Shown piece by piece: positions 1 to 8,219 of a DNA stretch of 51,495 nucleotides (position 1 is the first letter of the stretch; each line of letters starts with the position of its first letter). Under the pieces are notes generated by a model, which saw only the letters and a list, made by a program, of their open reading frames with translations, searched no databases and was not told where the DNA came from. The position numbers were made by a program, and so were the translations under genes. The stretch is from the IMG/VR virus record IMGVR_UViG_3300037423_000673, positions 1-51,495 of that record; one strand, 5' to 3'. The DNA is from a virus. Its lineage: Duplodnaviria > Caudoviricetes.

Positions 1-51
1 AACTTCACTCTGATTTAATGGCTACAACTTAATGCATGGAGGTGAGATGAG

Positions 52-1416
52 ATGTGGAAGAAAGCAAATGCTAATGGAGTCCAAACGTACACATTGCCTA
101 CTGCTTCTGCTAATACTCTAGGAGGAGTAAAAGTAGGTACAGGTTTATCTATTGCCAATGGAGTTCTGAGTACATCATCTACAACAGTACCTTTAGCAGA
201 TCAATTAACGGGCATTTATCTTTACCCTGAAACTCTGAATATATCTATTGATAGTAGCAATGCAATCACGATTAAACCTGTTAGTGGTCAAGTGATATAT
301 CTATATTATTTAACTAAAGTGGTGAGTTTTGATTTTACTCCTATAGGGAGTATTACGTGTGGTAACAATCATGGACTAAGAATGAATGTAAGCACCGGAG
401 GATTTAGAGAGGGATGGGATACGCAGTCTAATGAAATAGTTTTATTACAGAACACAATAAGTACAGATGGATTTTCAAAAGGTGTATCAATAGGAGCATT
501 AGCACCATTTATAAAGTTAAATAGGAATTTTGATTTACCTGTTATCACTCCGCGATCATATAATGCACTGCAACTGACGAATGCACAAGCATCTATGCAA
601 AGTTATGCATTTATAAATGATTCAGAAATGTGGGTATTTGACAAAGACATTGATACCTCCTCCATTTACAGACGTGATCCTAATACTTTTGCATTAATAG
701 GTTCATCCATACACCATAGTTTGGGATACTTTAATAGTTGTGATTACAATAGTGCAATAGATGCTATTGTTACAGGTAATGGTACTGGTACTGCTAATTA
801 TACTGACAATAAAGCAACCGTTTATTATAATGTCAGTTCTTGGGCAAGTATGTCAAGTGTGGATAGGACAAACACCTCTTGGGTGGACATTGACTTAAAT
901 GGATTGAACGCTACAGGGAACAACGATTGCAAAGTTCAGGCAATGTGGGGAGATTCTAATTTAGGAAAGAATAATATTATCTACATTATAACAAATGATG
1001 GTAGAAACATTCGAAAACTTCTACTTGGTCAGGGGTCTAATAATTTAGGAAGTGGAACTTTTGATTCCACAGCGACAGGGACTAAATTTAACGGGACATA
1101 CAAAATTATTGACTCTTGGAGTCAAGTAGATGGAGCAGGTCATTCACAGGATTGTTATTTGTACAACGGTGCTATCTATGCAAACTCAAAGGAAAGTATC
1201 GATCAACACGGACTTTTAGTATATAAGCATCAGTTGTGTGAAAATGGGGTTATCAAGAAGACTAAGATATACATTCCTCTTTATGATGACACTGGAAACT
1301 CACTCGCTGTAGGTAGTGGCGAAGGATTGACGATTCATAATGGGAAGTTGTATGTTGGACTGCTTGCAGGAGCCAGTGCTCCAAACTATCTTTTTACGTT
1401 CGATGTTCCTTTTTAA
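52..1416 (+). CDS. Putative tail/head fibre or receptor-binding protein with probable C-terminal beta-propeller
   Basis: RBS GGAGGTGA; fibre-type motif LPTASANTLGGVKVGTGLSI; G/S/T/N-rich beta-rich body; lies upstream of lysis genes. Confidence 0.6.
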   Translation: MWKKANANGVQTYTLPTASANTLGGVKVGTGLSIANGVLSTSSTTVPLADQLTGIYLYPETLNISIDSSNAITIKPVSGQVIYLYYLTKVVSFDFTPIGSITCGNNHGLRMNVSTGGFREGWDTQSNEIVLLQNTISTDGFSKGVSIGALAPFIKLNRNFDLPVITPRSYNALQLTNAQASMQSYAFINDSEMWVFDKDIDTSSIYRRDPNTFALIGSSIHHSLGYFNSCDYNSAIDAIVTGNGTGTANYTDNKATVYYNVSSWASMSSVDRTNTSWVDIDLNGLNATGNNDCKVQAMWGDSNLGKNNIIYIITNDGRNIRKLLLGQGSNNLGSGTFDSTATGTKFNGTYKIIDSWSQVDGAGHSQDCYLYNGAIYANSKESIDQHGLLVYKHQLCENGVIKKTKIYIPLYDDTGNSLAVGSGEGLTIHNGKLYVGLLAGASAPNYLFTFDVPF

Positions 1417-1447
1417 AGTCCTTTAACGGCATTAATGTGGTGATATT

Positions 1448-1561
1448 TTGTGGAAGAAATCATCTTTAAACTCTCCGTCTGATGGGGGTTCTTACATTCT
1501 TGATTTAAACCAATGGAACGTCAAAAATGATGGAACAGATGCAGTTAATACTTCCAGATAA
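1448..1561 (+). pseudogene. Truncated 37-aa start of a second fibre/depolymerase-like gene (MWKKSSLNSPSDGGSYILDLNQWNVKNDGTDAVNTSR)
   Basis: RBS GTGGTGA, TTG start, same MWKK N-terminus as upstream gene; YILDLNQWNVKNDGTDA resembles the start of pectate-lyase-like beta-helix domains; stop is the first TAA of a TAAA-N8-TTTA site. Confidence 0.6.
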
Positions 1562-1574
1562 AATGAGGGTTTTA
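1559..1574. repeat. TAAA-N8-TTTA junction palindrome (TAAAATGAGGGTTTTA, followed by TTGGAA)
   Basis: Read directly; same right flank TTGGAA as the 27753 copy. Confidence 0.65.
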
Positions 1575-1626
1575 TTGGAATTTTCGATTCTGTGAGCCTA
1601 GATAAATCAAGGGTTTGTGAGAATCT

Positions 1627-1674
1627 ATAAATGTAAAATAATCATTTACAAATTAATATGATTAGTGTTAAACT
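1627..1674 (+). promoter_or_regulatory. SigA-type promoter (TTTACA-18-TAAACT, extended TG) overlapped by conserved phage operator AAAATAATCATTTACA
   Basis: 1627-1651 is identical to the reverse complement of 39692-39716; arms TGTAAA/TTTACA are inverted. Confidence 0.7.
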
Positions 1675-1739
1675 TAGCATAGGGAGATTGGAGAAATCTG
1701 GTCTTCCTTGATTTTAAAACAAATTAGGAGTGATGTGAA

Positions 1740-1931
1740 ATGAGGGCAAACTTATTCTATTGTTATAACTATCAACAGAGTAATTTCATATTGCAACATG
1801 GCATAGCACCTGTTGAGATCGGTAGAGGAAATAAGGGTGACATTTATGTTGTGTTCCCTCGTAATGAAAAGTTTGAAGAAGTGTTCACTAAATGGATAGA
1901 AAGAGGCAAAGAAATCAAAACAGCAATATAA
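1740..1931 (+). CDS. Small hypothetical protein (DUF5659-like)
   Basis: RBS AGGAGTGA; follows the promoter, precedes the primase-polymerase. Confidence 0.65.
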   Translation: MRANLFYCYNYQQSNFILQHGIAPVEIGRGNKGDIYVVFPRNEKFEEVFTKWIERGKEIKTAI

Positions 1932-2002
1932 AAATAAAGTAATTTGATGGCAACTTAGAATTAGCAGATGTGAGTAAAACTGATGTGAAGGAGACTGCTA
2001 AT

Positions 2003-3487
2003 ATGAAGAAATCTTTTGGACTCAACAACGAAAGTGAAATAATCAAAAGTATAAATAAATTATACATAACAAAAAGAAGTAAATATCTACTGATGAATGA
2101 AGATGGAGAATATGTCACAGTAAAATCATCTCTAACAGACAATATACTAAAGCAACATCTAATTGGTAAGAAGACTATCGGAATTTTCTCTGGGGAGCAT
2201 CTTACGAAATGTCTAATATTTGATGTAGATATCACAGACAAACAAGAATCAAAATGGATTTGCTATAAGATACGGAATCAATTAATTGAGTTTGGATTTC
2301 CTCAAGATCAAATATACATAAGTTTTTCAGGTAATAAAGGTTATCACATTTCCATACACAGTTCAGAACCTTTCTCCTTTACTGTTGCAAAAGAAATCTA
2401 CGAAGCAACATTGAGGGAGATTTCTTTATTACATAAAAGAGATAAGATTGAATTAAGGCCACAGCCAAATTTAGGTGTTAAGTTGCCATTGGGAATAAAT
2501 AAGAAAAACAAAGACAGCAAGAATAATATCTGTTACTTTTGCGATTTCACCAATGGGCTTAAAATAATTAAAGATAAAACTTACATATTGAAAATGGAGC
2601 CTATCAGTAGTGATGATTTTAACAACATTATTGAACGGATGAAAGACAATGATTATATTTTTAAAGGGAAGATTTCTGAAGAAGATGTAATTCAAGAGAA
2701 GGAAAGTTTAGAAGAATCTTATAAGCAGCCTGATTCATTCAGTCAGAATGTTGATGAGAATGAGACAATAGAGGCTATTCAAGATTTATTATTGAATGGA
2801 CTTCAATTTGCAGGATCTAGGAATAATTCTGTTCTTAAAATTGCTAAGTTATTTAATTATTATGGGTTGCCATTAGAAGAGTGTATTGAGCAACTTAAAG
2901 ATTGGATGAAGTGGCAAGATAAGTCTCTTTATACAACTCCAATTGACAAGTGTATGAGTGAAATTGAGCGTATTGGTAAATATGTGTACAAAAATAACAT
3001 TACACTTACTGTAGAGAAGAAAGATGTTTCAATTCCTAAAGGTGAGATAACAGAAATTATGAAACTTCAACTCAATACACATAAGTTAGTTTTATATTCT
3101 TTATTAGTTCAAAGCAAAAGGTATTCTACAAAAAATGGTTCTTTTTATATGGCATATAGTCAAATGTCTAAATCAACCGGAATTCAACGTTCACAATTGA
3201 TCAATATCATAACCAAATTAGAAAAAGATGGGTTTATTGATATAATATCAAGAAATGAACGTACTAAAGGTTCTGCAAAGAGTAAAGCAAATAAGTATAA
3301 AATTAAATTTAATATTGAATTAAACAATGAGCATGACTTTATTATTGAAAAGGATTTTAATGATAACTTGAACAATAAATTCATGTCTAATGTTTGTCTA
3401 CTATTCACCAATAAAGAACTAAGAACTATATGCAATAAACGACAATATCAACAGTTTAAGTCATACAGGAAATCTATCGCTGCTTAA
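2003..3487 (+). CDS. Archaeo-eukaryotic primase-polymerase (TOTE-like AEP + PriCT + C-terminal winged HTH)
   Basis: AEP motifs FDVD and SFSGNKGYH, KLPLG, PriCT-like GSRNNSV, C-terminal HTH; RBS AAGGAG favours ATG 2003 (ORF opens at 1970). Confidence 0.75.
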   Translation: MKKSFGLNNESEIIKSINKLYITKRSKYLLMNEDGEYVTVKSSLTDNILKQHLIGKKTIGIFSGEHLTKCLIFDVDITDKQESKWICYKIRNQLIEFGFPQDQIYISFSGNKGYHISIHSSEPFSFTVAKEIYEATLREISLLHKRDKIELRPQPNLGVKLPLGINKKNKDSKNNICYFCDFTNGLKIIKDKTYILKMEPISSDDFNNIIERMKDNDYIFKGKISEEDVIQEKESLEESYKQPDSFSQNVDENETIEAIQDLLLNGLQFAGSRNNSVLKIAKLFNYYGLPLEECIEQLKDWMKWQDKSLYTTPIDKCMSEIERIGKYVYKNNITLTVEKKDVSIPKGEITEIMKLQLNTHKLVLYSLLVQSKRYSTKNGSFYMAYSQMSKSTGIQRSQLINIITKLEKDGFIDIISRNERTKGSAKSKANKYKIKFNIELNNEHDFIIEKDFNDNLNNKFMSNVCLLFTNKELRTICNKRQYQQFKSYRKSIAA

Positions 3488-3611
3488 CTTCTCCACTCGC
3501 ACAGAAAGATATTAATAATGATTTTGTGTATGATTTCGTTCCATTTTTAATTTAAATTTATAATCTATACATATCTTACAACAAATATTAAATAATTACA
3601 AGGATGATCAT

Positions 3612-3869
3612 ATGAATACATCTGTAACATCTCTCGAAGAAATTAATCAACTTCAAATCAAAACTATGCGTAGACATCCAGATTGGGATTTAGATCCTGA
3701 TGCAGAATATTTATTCCAATGTGACGCATGTGAGCAATACAAACGTGAAGAGAATATGTACTCGCATGATTGGTGTAAAAATTGTTACAAGTATTTTCTA
3801 AAGTGTCATTTTCAGGGGATGAGATTTGTCCCTTGGAAGTGGCGTTATGATTTACATGATAAATATTAA
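3612..3869 (+). CDS. Hypothetical Cys-rich (zinc-finger-like) protein
   Basis: CDAC...CKNC pairs; RBS AAGGATG. Confidence 0.6.
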   Translation: MNTSVTSLEEINQLQIKTMRRHPDWDLDPDAEYLFQCDACEQYKREENMYSHDWCKNCYKYFLKCHFQGMRFVPWKWRYDLHDKY

Positions 3870-3887
3870 ATTATACGGAGGTATACC

Positions 3888-4196
3888 ATGTTAGACATTA
3901 AATGTTCTTGTAGAAATCCCCACTGTAAATGTAACTGTCACCTAATCAAAGTCCTCGCCAATCTTCTGGAGGCGGCAAGAGAGATTGATACAAAAAGACT
4001 AATCCTTGAAGAGTTGTTAGATGCAGAATCCGAAGCATTCTTCCCCGTACAGGATAAATTATCAGTTGTTGGGGCAGAGATTCTTGGCATTGAATTAGAT
4101 AGTGTAGAGGGCGACTTTTATACTACTGCATTTTTCGACTACGTATTCGGTAAATTGGATTTGAATGAGTCAATCGAAAAGTTGTTAGCAATTTAA
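3888..4196 (+). CDS. Hypothetical protein
   Basis: RBS GGAGG; followed by a terminator. Confidence 0.65.
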   Translation: MLDIKCSCRNPHCKCNCHLIKVLANLLEAAREIDTKRLILEELLDAESEAFFPVQDKLSVVGAEILGIELDSVEGDFYTTAFFDYVFGKLDLNESIEKLLAI

Positions 4197-4228
4197 AGAG
4201 TCAGTCTTAATGGATTGACTCTCTTTTT
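4197..4228 (+). terminator. Rho-independent terminator
   Basis: AGAGTCAGTC-TTAATG-GATTGACTCT stem followed by CTTTTT. Confidence 0.75.
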
Positions 4229-4307
4229 ATTTACCTGAAAGGGAGTGCTTTGCTATCCGGTTAGATGGATTGTAGCGAAAATAACAATGTGGGAGGCTGT
4301 GTCGGCT

Positions 4308-4571
4308 ATGGGTGACAATTTTACAAACAGAGAGATTATGGAAGCAATTCTTGAGATTAAAGAAAAAATTGCAAGAATGGAAGAACGTTTGACGAGATGG
4401 GATAAGGTTGAGGACAAAGCAGACGAAGCGAGTGAAACAGCTAATAAAGCATTATCTCTTGCGGAAGAAAATCAAAGAAATCTTGATTCTATGAAGAAGA
4501 GCAATCAATGGTCATGGGGATTACTGATTACATTAGCAATAACTTTACTTGTAGAGTTTATAAAAAAGTAA
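4308..4571 (+). CDS. XhlA-family holin/haemolysin-like lysis protein
   Basis: Coiled coil plus one C-terminal TM helix (WSWGLLITLAITLLVEFI); RBS GGGAGG before ATG 4308. Confidence 0.7.
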   Translation: MGDNFTNREIMEAILEIKEKIARMEERLTRWDKVEDKADEASETANKALSLAEENQRNLDSMKKSNQWSWGLLITLAITLLVEFIKK

Positions 4572-4671
4572 TAGGACACAAAGAAAGTTTAAGTGAAGGA
4601 ACCACCGTAACAGTCTCATGTCCATAACTTGATTATATCAAGAATTAAATTACTGTAAAGGGGTCAAAAGT

Positions 4672-5817
4672 ATGAATGAAATTAGTTTTAAGCTACCACC
4701 TCATACTGTCGTATCTGTTCAAGATACTGCAAATGAAATACCTTGGGGAGTACAGATGGTCAATGCCCCTCTCGTTTGGAATGAAACTAAAGGCGATGGA
4801 ATTGTCGTATGTGTTCTGGATACAGGTTGCGATATCAACCATCCTGATTTAAAGGATAGAATTATCACAGGTATCAAAGGTGGACAAAATTTCACGATGG
4901 ACGATCAAGGTGAGCCATACATGATTACTGACTATCATGGACATGGCACACATACAGCAGGTACTATTGCTGCTAGTCTAAATGGCTTGGGTGTTGCAGG
5001 AGTGGCCCCAAATGTAAAATTATTAATTGGAAAAGTATTAAATGGTGATGGTGTAGGAAGTAACGCTGGCATTACAAAGGGAATTCGTTGGGCTTCTGAC
5101 TGGAGAGGTGAAAATGGTGAGAGTGTAAGAGTTATCAGTATGTCTTTAGGTGGATCTACTGACGATTCAACATTACATGATGCTGTAAAATATGCAGTAT
5201 CTAAAGGAATTGCTGTAGTTGTGGCTGCTGGAAATAGTGGTGATGGAAACACCGGAACGAATGAGTATGCATACCCCGGAGCATATCCTGAGACAATTGA
5301 AGTTGGTGCGATTGATAGCAATAAGAATCTTGCAAGTTTTAGCAACACAAATGAGCAGATAGATGTAGTTGCTCCCGGTGTAAATGTTCTAAGTACATAT
5401 AAAGATAGTGGATATGCAACCCTCTCTGGTACGTCAATGGCAACTCCCCACGTATCAGGCGTGGTCGCACTTTTAATTTCTATGTATGAAAAGAGATTAA
5501 ACAAAACTCTCACAGTTGATGAGATTAGACAATTATTAAAGGATCATAGCAAAGATATTGGGATTGATGTGAAAGGTGAAGGATTTGGACTTGCTGATTT
5601 ATCTATTGGATATGTAGCACCTAAACCAAAAACAGTAATTGAAATGTGGATTGATAATCCCACTGCAAAGGTAAATGGAATTGACGTTACGTTATTGCAA
5701 CCTCCTACCATAGTGAACAATTCGACTGTTACTCCAGCCCGTTTTGTAGCGGAGACTCTGGGAGCACAGGTAGATTGGGACAATGACCAGAGAAAGGTTA
5801 CAATTACTCAATATTAA
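4672..5817 (+). CDS. Subtilisin S8 protease (ISP-like, no signal peptide) with C-terminal Cu-amine-oxidase-N/stalk domain
   Basis: Triad motifs VLDTG, HGHGTHTAG, GTSMATPHV; oxyanion AAGN; C-terminal PTIVNNSTVTPARFVAETLGAQVDWD. Confidence 0.9.
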   Translation: MNEISFKLPPHTVVSVQDTANEIPWGVQMVNAPLVWNETKGDGIVVCVLDTGCDINHPDLKDRIITGIKGGQNFTMDDQGEPYMITDYHGHGTHTAGTIAASLNGLGVAGVAPNVKLLIGKVLNGDGVGSNAGITKGIRWASDWRGENGESVRVISMSLGGSTDDSTLHDAVKYAVSKGIAVVVAAGNSGDGNTGTNEYAYPGAYPETIEVGAIDSNKNLASFSNTNEQIDVVAPGVNVLSTYKDSGYATLSGTSMATPHVSGVVALLISMYEKRLNKTLTVDEIRQLLKDHSKDIGIDVKGEGFGLADLSIGYVAPKPKTVIEMWIDNPTAKVNGIDVTLLQPPTIVNNSTVTPARFVAETLGAQVDWDNDQRKVTITQY

Positions 5818-5842
5818 AAACTGAATAAGTGGGTTGATATCA

Positions 5843-6160
5843 ATGGGATTTTGGAAACATTTGTTGAGTGTCGATGAATCAAAACAATCCATATGTATCT
5901 ATGTGTTTGTATTTTCTACTATATATGCCTTGATTGAAGTTTATACAAAAGGCGACATTCCACCGAATTTATTAACGTTCTTGGGTTATCTTTTGGCGGC
6001 TATATTTGGAATTAATATTGCTAATGGGATTGGAACGAATTATTTAAACAGAAATCCATATACAAATACAACAACATATCCATACAATCAATATCCAATA
6101 CAGAACAGCACCCCCATCAGTCCTGTTCAAAATCAAACAAATAATAAACCTGTAATTTAA
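5843..6160 (+). CDS. Putative two-TM holin
   Basis: Two hydrophobic helices with a polar tail, directly before the endolysin. Confidence 0.6.
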   Translation: MGFWKHLLSVDESKQSICIYVFVFSTIYALIEVYTKGDIPPNLLTFLGYLLAAIFGINIANGIGTNYLNRNPYTNTTTYPYNQYPIQNSTPISPVQNQTNNKPVI

Positions 6161-6174
6161 GGGAAGTGAAAATT

Positions 6175-7044
6175 ATGATAAAAGGTATTGACCTTAATCA
6201 TTGGAGGAACGTACATAACTGGTCTGCTATCAAAAGCGATGGAGTAGAATTTTGCTATTTAAAAGCTACACAAGGTACGACATATATTGACCCAACCGTA
6301 GGTGTTTATTTTAATGGTTCAAAGTCTGTTAATATTCCAGTTGGATTATATCATTATGCGGATTTAGGTGATCCAGTACAAGAAGCATTGCATTTCAAAA
6401 GTGTATTGGAACAATATCCTACATACGATTTATTACCCGTACTAGACCTTGAGGAAAGACGAGCAGGATTTGATTATAATACATGGGCAAGAGCATTTAT
6501 TAATGCCCTTGGCTGTGAAGCAATGCTATATACAGGTGACGGTTTTATTGATGAATTTGATTTAAGTTCTTTAAGTGGACTTAAATTATGGGTTGCAAAA
6601 TATTCAAGTAATTCACCATGCAAATATAAAAAAGTATGGTCAAATTATACTATTTGGCAATACACTGAGTCAGGACAATGCGCAGGTGTGAACGAACCTG
6701 TAGATATGAATATTTGTGACTCCATTGATGCATTTAGAGTAAATAAAGTGATTCTAGAAAGTGGTGAAGAAAAAATGCCAAAATTACCTTATGATGATAA
6801 TCAATTTAGATACTTGTTATCTCTTGCAAAAGGTCAAGATGCAGGTGCAGCAAATTGGGCTATGAATGAATTAAGTCAAATTTGTGCGAATGTCACAGGT
6901 GCAACTACAATACAAGGAAATGGCAAAGCAATAGATGCTGTATTAGTAGATAATCATACTTTTATTAGATTATCAGATGTCTTAGATTTGCTAGGTATTA
7001 AATATCGTTGGGATGAAGTTCAGCATTGTGTGGTCTTAGAATAA
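6175..7044 (+). CDS. Endolysin, GH25 muramidase with C-terminal stalk-type wall-binding domain
   Basis: GIDLNHW, YLKATQG, GLYHY, LDLE, WQYT motifs. Confidence 0.9.
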   Translation: MIKGIDLNHWRNVHNWSAIKSDGVEFCYLKATQGTTYIDPTVGVYFNGSKSVNIPVGLYHYADLGDPVQEALHFKSVLEQYPTYDLLPVLDLEERRAGFDYNTWARAFINALGCEAMLYTGDGFIDEFDLSSLSGLKLWVAKYSSNSPCKYKKVWSNYTIWQYTESGQCAGVNEPVDMNICDSIDAFRVNKVILESGEEKMPKLPYDDNQFRYLLSLAKGQDAGAANWAMNELSQICANVTGATTIQGNGKAIDAVLVDNHTFIRLSDVLDLLGIKYRWDEVQHCVVLE

Positions 7045-7065
7045 AATTAAATTATAATATAGGAG

Positions 7066-7587
7066 ATGTTTAATATGCAAGAATACCTACAGCCTGCCCT
7101 TGAGGGATTGCTTTACACTTTTGGTGCGTTTATTGCTGGTTATTTGATTACCCTATTACACAAATACGTTGGAACGGCTAATATGAAGAAAATTCAACAA
7201 GAGATTGAAACACATCAAGATTTAGCTAAATTGGTAATTATGGGAGTACAACAGATATATAGTTCACTTCAAGGTAGCGAGAAGCTTGCTTTAGCAACAA
7301 AACAACTGAGTGACTTATTAGTAAGCAAAGGCATTAAAATGTCTGCTGACCAAATCAACCTTTTAATAGAAAGTACATTGAAGGGATTGAAACAAGAATT
7401 TATGCAGACTTGGCACGACGAGATAAAACAAGATCTACAACCAGTAGATCCAACTCCAACTCCAGTACAACCTGTCGTTCCTGTAACACCTATTACACCT
7501 GACTCTGTACCTATTCCACAGACCCAAGAGCAAACTACAAATGGTACTATTCAAGGCAATGTTACCATACAAGCAACTGTACAATAA
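7066..7587 (+). CDS. LL-H family holin with P/T/Q-rich tail
   Basis: N-terminal TM; GSEKLALA...LIES pattern. Confidence 0.75.
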   Translation: MFNMQEYLQPALEGLLYTFGAFIAGYLITLLHKYVGTANMKKIQQEIETHQDLAKLVIMGVQQIYSSLQGSEKLALATKQLSDLLVSKGIKMSADQINLLIESTLKGLKQEFMQTWHDEIKQDLQPVDPTPTPVQPVVPVTPITPDSVPIPQTQEQTTNGTIQGNVTIQATVQ

Positions 7588-7603
7588 TAGAAATGATGAA
7601 TTT

Positions 7604-7640
7604 TAGGACTAGATGCTGTATTGTCTAGTCCTATTTTTTT
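7604..7640 (+). terminator. Terminator of the lysis operon
   Basis: TAGGACTAGA...TCTAGTCCTA stem followed by T7. Confidence 0.8.
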
Positions 7641-7723
7641 ATTTTACTCCCCCTATCCCCATTTTTTGATTTATAAATATACAATAATTTTCATCATGCA
7701 TTTCCTCGTATTTTGACCTCGTT

Positions 7724-7822
7724 TGTCACCCAAAAACACTACTTTTTTAGCCCCTCCGTAATCCAGCATGTCACCCAAAAACGCATGTTTCCGCATATAA
7801 TTACAACTCATTGTCACCCAAA
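7724..7822 (+). repeat. Three direct repeats TGTCACCCAAA at 7724, 7769, 7812
   Basis: Read directly; spacing 45 and 43 nt; first two extend to TGTCACCCAAAAAC. Confidence 0.85.
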
Positions 7823-7870
7823 GCATAAAAAGTAGGTGATACTATTATATTTATACAATAATATGCATAT

Positions 7871-8185
7871 TTATAGATACCTGAAAAAGTTGTTTCCCTT
7901 TTGCCCCATACTGCCATCTTTATAATATATAGAAAATTCATTATTAGATAATACTTCTATTCTTTCAATGCTATTAATTGCTTCCTCGTCTGAAATTTTC
8001 TGAAAGGGGAAATGCTTCTTTACGAACTCCGACAATAACTCTTCTTCAATTACATTCCTCACACAATATTCACTTCCATTGAGATCATAGTTCTGACAGA
8101 TGTATTTTTGCTTGCCTCGTTCTTTTTTAGGTTTATAACGACTACCACAACGTTGACAAAATATTAGCCCTGAAAATAATGACAA
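7871..8185 (-). CDS. Stand-alone recombinase zinc-ribbon domain protein
   Basis: LFSGLIFCQRCG...YIC...C matches the zinc-ribbon domain of large serine recombinases. Confidence 0.75.
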   Translation of the reverse strand: MSLFSGLIFCQRCGSRYKPKKERGKQKYICQNYDLNGSEYCVRNVIEEELLSEFVKKHFPFQKISDEEAINSIERIEVLSNNEFSIYYKDGSMGQKGNNFFRYL

Positions 8186-8219
8186 CTTTTATCACCTCAA
8201 TAAAATACTACCACATTTT

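Noticed and set aside
7724-7822. Three repeats with 32-34 nt gaps as a mini CRISPR array
   Set aside because: Repeat is only 11-14 nt and non-palindromic, and there is no cas operon; kept as a probable binding-site array
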